A stretch of 62,108 bases of DNA, filler included, from Choristocarpus tenellus KU-1152 (taxonomy: Eukaryota; Protista; Phaeophyceae), in NCBI GenBank assembly GCA_964200185.2. It is 8 parts of 8 records of this genome, joined end to end, with 100 filler letters (N's around TTAATTAATTAA, not from the genome) between each part and the next. Parts side by side here need not be neighbours in the genome. Positions count along the whole stretch, not along the records: positions 53,833 to 57,258 come from CAXNAD020020114.1; positions 57,359 to 62,108 come from CAXNAD020013210.1; 6 more parts are not named here. The stretch is one strand, 5' to 3'. This document shows positions 53,908-62,108 of this stretch, piece after piece. The stretch's first letter is position 1. Each line of letters opens with the position of its first letter. A program made the translations under genes and the position numbers. A model generated the notes under the pieces. It did no database searches. It was not told the DNA's origin and was given only the letters and a program-made list of their open reading frames with translations.

Positions 53908-55789
53908 TCAGTGTCGCGACTGCGTGGTCCATTTCGCGATTTGATCGTGTTGCTGCGCCACACTACTCGCACTTTCTCGTCACCTAACATCGCACTGAGT
54001 TTCACACGGTACTTGTTTTTCGGCCCCCTCTCGACAGAGAAGGCGCCGAGGGTAGATCCAGAGGAAAGAATGGCCTCGGCGGCTCTCCTTGTCTCACCTT
54101 CGTGGTTCATGTTGTTGTGTAAGTCACGTGTGTGTGTGCTCACAAAAAGTCTCCAAAAAGAGGAAAATCTTGGGGGGGTTTTCTACTTTTTTTTCGGTGA
54201 GGGCTCCACCAGTCAAACGTGGGCAGCGACGTACCCCAGACCAGTTTTCTGCAAGGAGTTCAACCAACCACTTCATTTTTTCCAGTTTTGAAGTCGTGAC
54301 CTTCAAAATTGCGCCGGAGGTATTCCCCCGCATTTTTTCCATTATTTTATCGAGACATAGTTCATGTTCACAGAAGTTTCTACATTCCTGCATACAGACC
54401 TTCAAAAGGTCTTGTAATAAGATTTCATTTGATATATATTGTTGTATATCTGTTGCAGCATTCCGGCGAAAAAAGGCATAACTGCCACAGAGGGCGAAGC
54501 TACTGGTACCACCTTACAACATGAGCGTTCATTGGTGATGACTTCAATGTTGGCATGTTGAGTGGAGCATACCAACCCCCCTCATTCACTTACCTTGCCA
54601 CTCTTTCCTGAGTGTCCTTTTGTGGATTTTTTATCGTCATGACTTGTCTCTCTCCCTTCCATTCCTGTGGGTCTTCCCACTCTGCTTCAATCTGAAGAAC
54701 CTGACTGCCAGTTCCCACGTGTTCAACGCTGGCGACAACAACATGCAGCTGTTCTTAAGTTTGAGAGTTCTTTGAGGACCACACACCTGACCTATGTACT
54801 TAAGCGACATCATTCCAAATGATCCAGGAGAAGAAACACTGTTTTCCTCACCACTGAGAATTGTTCTTAAATCTTCATGGCTGAGGAATTCAAAGAAAGT
54901 GACTTATCCGAGGACCTTCTAACCACCTGGTCATGATTAAGATCCTCATTCCTTTGATGGTGAGGTTCTCCTGAAGTATTGGAGGAAACATCTTCACGAG
55001 TCTTCCGGGATCTTTTTTTAAAACGCGTTTCTAGGTGGTAGAACCAGTGGGTCATGCAAAATTGATGTCCGTGGATAATCATTCCGCTAGTTCAACCCCT
55101 AGAACGAAATTCCCCTATTTCATAAACCCAGCACGTGTTAACTGATCCACCACATATATCCTCTCCAACTCCACAATGTCGTCTACTGCAGACCTACGTT
55201 TCACGATCATAACGCAAAATTGAAGAAATGGTCGAGACTAAAAGTTCACAAAATATGGACCTTTCAAGGAATCTGACGGAGACCAGGGACATGACCAATA
55301 CATGGCAGTCTGCATCTATCTCCCACACAACCCTTTTGCCAAAAATGTCGTTAGCTATCTTTTCAATAGACATGCGTCTTCCTTCACCCACAACTGACAA
55401 AACCTACACTCCACACAAGTTTCTGTATGTATGTCACACGACTCACAATTTGGTCAACCTGTGCTATTAACCTTGGAAAGTATTGCTATTTGATCAGTAG
55501 TGAAGACAAGGTGCGGAGCCTCACACGACCTCCTTTGCTCAAAGTAAAAGGAATGGTGTGGATAAAATTAGAATCGGCTGTTATAAGTCAACGGCTATGT
55601 CAGAGTAGTTTAATTGCAATACCAAACCCCATACACAATCCGGATGTACTATCTAATCATTTACAGCACATGGACTCAATCCAATGCCATAATGTCACAT
55701 ACACAAAACAGGGTACATCTTATGATATCCGATTTTCTACAGAGTAGAAGTAAAAGAACACAGATTGCTTCAACTCTCACACACTACAT

Positions 55790-56235
55790 TCATCTTATCA
55801 ACACAGTGTCAACGAAGTCTTCTACTTGCTTCGTTCGTAATCTCTTTGTTAGGATATCAGCAAGTTGTAGTGGAGTAGGTATATGCTTAACTGTAAAAAT
55901 GCTTCGGCTCACATACTCCCTTGTGCAGTTCAGCTTATGTCCACATGCCTCGTTCTTCCATTGAAACCCTCCGTTGTCCCTGATTGGATTGCGACTCCGT
56001 TGTCCCCATACCAAGTCGTATCCCCTTGACGTATGCCCAGCTCCCCCAGGATTCCTCTAAGAAATATCGCAAGTCTCGTTCCATGTACCATCGCTGTCCA
56101 TTCTGCTTCAGAGGAAGATGTAGTTACAGCTCCTTCCAGCTTTGATTCCCATGCAATGGGTGCTCCATTCATGAGTATTAAATACCCCGTCACGCTCCGC
56201 CTTGAAGCAGTGTCATTGCCCCAGTCTGAGCCGGG
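55790..56235 (-). mobile_element. Ty1/Copia RNase H remnant, frameshifted
   Basis: SDWGNDTASRRSVTGY...GAPIAWESK...SSSEAEW...GDN...RTRHVDI, then a frameshift near 55935 to TRE...HIPTPLQLADILTK. Confidence 0.92.
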
Positions 56236-56596
56236 TTGTTGAGTGGAGTTTACAAAAAACCCTTCACGCACTTACCTTCTCATTCCTTTCCTGAGGGACC
56301 TTCTCAGGCCTAGCCTACTTACATTCCTCTCACGGATCTTCCCATTCCCCTTCAGTTTGACCATCCTGTCTGCTGATCCCCACCTGTTTCACATATGATT
56401 ATAATAATACTATTTCTGACGAACAGGTCGCATTGTGAGTTGATCTTACTGGAAAATATTTCCGTGCGCACACACCATTATATTGCGCGCACACTTCTTT
56501 GTCATTGGTGATGTTCGATTCACCATCAATCGTCAAAATGTTCTGAGAATTCATTAATCACTTGGTATTGACGATCACAATGATGAGATGCCAAGG

Positions 56597-56849
56597 GAGT
56601 AAATGTATCTAAGAGGGTACGAGTTGTCTGATTGTCCATTTGGGACTTGGCTTCCCACGGTTTCAATGACATTTTACCTACTCCAAAATGTTTCAGAGTA
56701 GGTAAAATATGTATGTTATGAAAGGTGTGTCCGGAACAAGCATATTGACATTTCCTAACAAATATGATAGGTAAAATTTCATCAAAATTGCAACATTGGG
56801 TTTTGGTCCCCAACTGGACGCGGCTCTACCCTCTAAGATAATTTCACTC
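56597..56849 (+). mobile_element. MITE family A, full copy
   Basis: Both TIRs present; no TSD visible. Confidence 0.88.
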
Positions 56850-57201
56850 TACCATCGAATCCGAGATTCAACTGAGTCATGTCCCAAGATTTGGTGGCTG
56901 TGAGGCCTTGAGTTCTGCTGAAACAAGACTCTTGTTGACACAACTGGTTATTATGAACACTCTCCACAGCTGACTGCACACTTCCTTACGACAGTGGTAC
57001 TCAAGCTCATAGTCTAAGGGGGAACCATTAGGTAAGAGATCCTTCTCATGGATACCTCAATCAAAGAAGTAGGTAAAGACAAGAAGAAGAGAGGCAAAAA
57101 GGAGAAGGGGAAGGGGAAGACCACTGGCCCATGGAGCACAAACTCCAATCCGGGCATCAATGGGAAAATGCCGATATTCCGTCAACTAACTTCTCACGAG
57201 A

Positions 57202-57258
57202 GAGCCAAAGTATCGTCGAGGGTAGAGCCGCGTCCATTTGGGGGTCAAAATCCAATGT
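57202..57258 (-). mobile_element. MITE family A fragment running into spacer
   Basis: GAGCCAAAGTATCGTCGAGGGTAGAGCCGCGTCCATTTGGGGG. Confidence 0.8.
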
Positions 57259-57358
57259 NNNNNNNNNNNNNNNNNNNNNNNNNNNNNNNNNNNNNNNNNN
57301 NNTTAATTAATTAANNNNNNNNNNNNNNNNNNNNNNNNNNNNNNNNNNNNNNNNNNNN

Positions 57359-57514
57359 GGGGGGATCTACGCCAGGGGTGTCCATTTGGGTCAAAATCAG
57401 GAAAAGTGTGTTTACCTTATCCATCAGACATATGCAACCAATTCACCCAAAATTGCGACAATTGTTTTTTGACCCCAAATGGACAGCCGCCACCCCCCCC
57501 AGATACTTTGAGCC
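57359..57514 (-). mobile_element. MITE family B at contig start
   Basis: Family B body ending CCCCAGATACTTTGAGCC. Confidence 0.82.
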
Positions 57515-57662
57515 TTTGTGCTGGACGACTCACTTGCCCAGTATCCATAAAAACAACAGTCACTTCAGCGGGAACATTTTGAATTAATACAAAAAAGTGT
57601 CAGCTACAGATTGCATGGATAGTTCCAGAAATTTATTTTGACCGTTATACCTGCCCAATATA

Positions 57663-58586
57663 CTACCTACCTCCGTGCCATAAATCTGTGCCATGTTGTC
57701 CATAACTTTTGAACGTGTTGATGAAATTGATTTCTGAAAGAAGATTTGCAATCCTTGACGAATGTCTGGTTAGGGTCAGTTCTTTTTGTTATTATTTCTC
57801 CCCATCCATCACAGTTTTATCCGCCACAGAAAAGGCCTTCATGTCTACTTTCGGCATGTTTTCAAGCTCATCAGACAACTACCTCTTCCTTACCCCTGTG
57901 TGCTCCGCACTGAAGTCATTCCCCCCTTTGTATCTAAGTACTTGATTGTACACCACAAAAAAGAGCTGCCAAGCCCTCTCAAGTGTGGTTTCATCATACT
58001 CCTCATACTGTTTCTTACTGAACTTCGCCATCTCCTCAATGGACCCAAACCGCTCCTCCATCACCTGGCATTTTAAAGACCTGAAGAAGCACAGGTCCAT
58101 GATATTGAGGTTGTGGGAGTTAGATGGCTGCGTCACAAGCCTAATCGACCACCCCTCAATCTTCCTTGCCCCTGACAAGATTTCTGAGTTGCCCTTGTCC
58201 ATGTGGGGGGTGGCAACGTCTTGCTGAATGACAACGTGCTTCCCCTGCAACAAAGGCATCTTGATCTTGATTGCAGGCAGTAACTCTTCCGTGTACCACT
58301 TCCTTTACCACAAGTAGTCTAAAGTATAGTCCTGCTCATACACATCCCCCCTTTTATGGTTCTCGCTTGTCCTGTCCGCTATTTTTGGCGCGCAGACACG
58401 CCAAACACCAAGCTTTCCATCAAAGCTGTGAGCCGAATCTGGGCGGCCGTTGGCTGCAATGATCATGGTTTTGAGGATATGAGTTTTGTGCTGCACACTA
58501 GGGGACCCTAGAAGTCGTAATCATCCTCAGGAGGAAATGCCGTAATCCTTTCCCCATCAGCGATCACGCAAAACCAGGTTTCAGCC
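57663..58586 (-). mobile_element. Plant-type (DD39D-like) Tc1/mariner remnant with one Stowaway-like TIR
   Basis: KTHILKTMIIAANGRP...FDGKLGVW and IQQDVATPH...LVTQPSNSHNLNIMDLCFFRSL...YKGGNDF, with frameshifts. TA followed by CTACCTACCTCCGTGCCATAAAT at 57661. Confidence 0.85.
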
Positions 58587-58850
58587 GAGCTAAAGTATCT
58601 TAGAGGGTAGAGGCGCGTCCATTTGGGGGCCAAAATCCAATGTTGCGATTTTGATATAATATTGGCTATCGGGTTTGTTGGGAAGTGTCAATATCCTTGT
58701 TGCGGACACACCTTTTCGTAACGTATTTATCTTCCTACTCTGAAATATTTTGGAGTAGTAGGAAAATGTCATAAAGAAACCCGAGGGAAGTCAAGCCCCA
58801 AATAATGGACAAACAGGGCAAAACTCGTACCCTCTAAGATACTTTCACTC
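58587..58850 (-). mobile_element. MITE family A, full copy truncating the mariner remnant
   Basis: Both TIRs present; flanks differ (AGCC/ATCG). Confidence 0.9.
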
Positions 58851-60308
58851 ATCGCCAACTTGATTGGTGACGTGCAGTTTAATATGAGTAGGTGTCAGAT
58901 ATACATTGCTTGGATATATATAAAAAAAATAATACCATTTCACCTCTCCAACATCCATATGATACCATTAGTGACTTAATCAGAAGTGTTTAACAGTTAA
59001 ACACAAAGCGTCGGTTGTACATTGTTTGGATGGATTCAAAGTCGATCCAAAACCGTTGTTCGATCTTTTCACTTGTCATATATCCACAAGATACCAAGAG
59101 TGACTTGAGCAACAACATTTTCCCAAACGTTTCAGAAGTGTCAATTACACATTGCTTCGATGTGTCTAAAACCGTTGTTGGACCGTTTCACCAGCCAAAT
59201 ATCCATAAGAATACCAATTGTGACTTGATCAGAAGCCTTTCGCAGTAAAACACGTAAGTGTCAGATACACATTGCTTGAGTTAATATAAAATATCGTTTT
59301 GGTCGTTTTATCTATACAATATACACGATATGTCAATGGTTACCTGAGTGGAAAATCTACAGTTTGCGCAAATGTGTTCATTAGATTGTTTCTTCTTGGA
59401 TGCAAAACCTTTGTTGGGCTCTTTCACCGAGCTAGTGCCTATTGGGTACCAGTCGCTTGGGCGGAACATTTATAAAGTATTTGTAGAGGTGTCACTTAAT
59501 ACATTGCTCGGGTCAAGAGACCTTGTTTGACCTGAACACATACCCAATATCCGTAGGAAAGAAACAGTGACTTGAGTAGCAACAGTTTTGTAGTTGACCA
59601 GATACATATCAGTAACACATTGCTTGGATGGATACAAATCCGTTGTTGGACCATAGCACCTCACCAGTACCCGTTAAATACCACATGTAACTTAAACAGC
59701 AACAATGCACACAAGGGTCAGTTACGCATTGCTTGGATGGATACAAAATTGTTGTTAGACCTTTCTACCAGCCAAATATCTTGATATATCAATGAGCACT
59801 TTGAGCGGAAACATCGAGGAGTTGAACACATAAGCGTCAGCTGTGTATCACTCTGATTTTTTGTTGTTGGACCGTTATACCGACCGAACAATCTATGGTA
59901 CGAATGACGACTTGAGTGGTGACATCTTTCAATTGAACAGACAAATGTCAGTTGCACATTGTTTGTATGGATCTCGAGCTGGTTCTTAACTGCTTCATCT
60001 GCCCAACTTACATCAGATACTAATGGTGACTTGAGTTTTGCTGCCATTGACAGAAGTGTCAGTTACACATTGCTTGGGTAGATCCAAAATCGTTTATATC
60101 TGAATTGAGCAGCAACACTTTGTGGTATTTCACAGAAACTTGAATGCGGATCACTTGGATGGATCCCTAACCGTTGTTTAACTGTTTCACCTGCCCAGTA
60201 TCCGTATGGTGACCATAGCAGCAACATTTTACAGTTGAAAACACAAATGTCAGCTACACATCTCTTGAGTGTATCCCAAACCATTATCAACCGTTTCGTC
60301 TGCCAAAT

Positions 60309-60574
60309 GAGTCAAAGAGTCTTTGAGGGTAGAGTCGTGTCCGTTTGGGGGCAAGATCCAATGTTGCGATCTTGATGTAATTTCGGCTATTGTGTTTGCT
60401 AGGAAGTGTAAATATCCTTGTTCCGGACTTACACATAATACCCACTTTAAAACGTTGACATCTTTCCTACTCCGAAACACTTCGGAGTAGGAAAATGTCA
60501 ATAAAAAACTGTGCGAAGCCAAGCCCCAAACAGACAGTGTAAAATTCATACCCTCCAAGATACTACTTTCACTC
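60309..60574 (-). mobile_element. MITE family A in satellite
   Basis: TIRs present; perfect 4 bp TSD AAAT. Confidence 0.9.
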
Positions 60575-60602
60575 AAATACATAGATACCAATGATTATTT
60601 GA

Positions 60603-60784
60603 GGTTCAAAGTATCTGGGGGGGGGGTGGCGGCTGTTCATTTGGGGTCAATTTTTTCATGTCACGATTATTGTGTGATTTGGTTGCATACGTCGGATGGA
60701 TAATGTAAGTGCACTTTTCCTGGTCATAGCCCAAATGGACACCCTGGTGTAGACCTACCCACCCAACCCCAGATACTTTGGGTC
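60603..60784 (+). mobile_element. MITE family B, full copy in satellite
   Basis: GGTTCAAAGTATCTGGGG...CCCCAGATACTTTGGGTC; 3 bp TSD TGA. Confidence 0.9.
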
Positions 60785-61161
60785 TGAACAGCTATATTGT
60801 GCACTTTACACGTATCTACTCCTGCTGTGTATCTCTGTCTTGTCAAACTCCATGCTTGGCCACACCCGAATGTCTTGAGCACTGTACCTTCGAGAGCTCT
60901 CCCAGCAATCAGGGTCTGTATCAGTTACATATTCCTTGGATGGATCCAAAATTGTTGGTTGCACTTTTTCACCTGCAAGGAATTAATTGCTTACTGGTGA
61001 TCTGAAGTTTTTCGACATCGAACACAAACATATAAGTTTGACTGTGCTTGAACAAATCAATGCAGTCTTTTGATCGTTTCACTTGCCCAATATCCACAAA
61101 GATATCAATTGGCGACTTGAGTGGCACCATTTTGCCCTATTTCACAAATGTATCCAATACA

Positions 61162-61390
61162 GAGTCAAAGTGTTTAAGAGGGCAAGGCTGCGTCCGTTTG
61201 AGGTCCAAAATTCAATGTTGCGATTTTGATTAAAATTTGGCTATCGCGTTTGTTAGGAAGTGTCAATATCCTTGTTCTGGACACCTTTCATAATCTTACA
61301 CACTTTAGGTAACTGTGTTTATACAGAAAACCGATAAAGGGCAGGAGAACCCGAACGAACAAACAGGGCAAAGTCCTCTCTTAAATGCAT
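61162..61390 (-). mobile_element. MITE family A, degraded copy
   Basis: First ~130 bp match family A; GAACAAACAGGGCAAA near 61357 matches the distal part. Confidence 0.7.
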
Positions 61391-61947
61391 TTGGTCACAC
61401 ATTGTTTGGATTGATCCAACACCATTGTTGGACCGTTTCACCAGCCCAGTATATATATTACACCAAGGGTAACTATTTCAACAACAGCTTGAAGAATTTA
61501 CAGAGGTGTCGCGAACACATTCAATTGATCCAAAATCGTTGCTTAGCCGCTCCACTTGCACAATATTCATAATAGCATAATTTTACAGAAGCGACAGTAA
61601 CTCATTGCTTTTGATATATCCACAACTGTCACTGAATCGTTTGATCTGCCCAATATCCACAAGATTCCAAAGGTGACTGAAGCAGCACGTTTTTCAGAGA
61701 TGCACGAAACTATTGTCAAACATTCCTAAGAGGATTCAAAACTATTGTTGAATCATTTTGACCTGCCCTACACATCCACAAGTTACCAGCGGTGCCTTGA
61801 TGGGCGATATGGTAGGATCGAACATGTAACCGATGGCCACACACTGTTTGGATGGAATCCAGCTGTTGAGCATTGTTTGACCGTTTCACCTACACAATAT
61901 CCACACGATACCAATGGTGTCTTGAGTGGTCGCACTTTTCTGTACTT

Positions 61948-62108
61948 GAGTGAAAGTATCTTGGAGGGTAGAGTGAAAGTATCTTGGAGGGTAGAGTGAA
62001 AGTATCTTGGAGGGTAGAGTGAAAGTATCTTGGAGGGTAGAGTGAAAGTGTCTTGGAGGGTAGAGTGAAAGTATCTTGGAGGGTAGAGTGAAAGTATCTT
62101 GGAGGGTA
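61948..62108 (+). repeat. 7 x 23 bp head-to-tail array of the MITE-A TIR
   Basis: Unit GAGTGAAAGTATCTTGGAGGGTA; 161 bp is exactly 7 units; one unit has an A>G variant. Confidence 0.95.

Larger units (their letters stand above)
58851..61947 (+). repeat. Old ~110-120 bp satellite-like tandem array (also 57515-57660)
   Basis: Consensus-like unit GTGTCAGTTACACATTGCTTGGATGGATCCAAAACCGTTGTTGGACCGTTTCACCTGCCCAATATCCACAAGATACCAATGGTGACTTGAG; ACATTG anchors near 58903, 59019, 59149, 59269, 59501, 59617 and onward. Confidence 0.85.

Noticed and set aside
58851-61947. CRISPR-like repeat-spacer array or repeat-protein gene
   Set aside because: Similarity extends over the whole unit with no unique spacers, and no frame stays open across units.
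61948-62108. CRISPR array or telomere
   Set aside because: No spacers, no cas genes, eukaryotic context; the unit equals the MITE-A TIR.

Overview
Intron-rich eukaryotic DNA. The gene set and splice patterns suggest a stramenopile, plausibly a brown alga (inference). The window appears to be eight contigs joined by seven artificial 100-nt spacers (N-run + TTAATTAATTAA + N-run); genes do not continue across them, so adjacency across spacers is unreliable. Genes, all on the minus strand: a ~20.6 kb internal part of HYDIN, a divergent HSF-type transcription factor, the 3' half of a CAMK/SnRK/CIPK-like kinase, the 5' half of the urea transporter DUR3, and a spliced gene in a GC-rich 2.75 kb contig. 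That last gene appears to join a degenerate N4/N6 DNA-methyltransferase-like segment to a divergent SET-like domain and an acidic tail, and is the top candidate for something new. Repeats and mobile DNA: three MITE families sharing a GRNNSAAAGTA-type terminus with 3-4 bp TSDs, a non-coding 3.8 kb LTR element with a tRNA-Gln primer site and internal satellites, a Copia RNase H remnant, a plant-type mariner remnant, decayed ankyrin-like repeats, a ~115 bp satellite, and a terminal 7 x 23 bp array made from a MITE TIR. All homology calls come from motifs recognised by eye; no searches were run.
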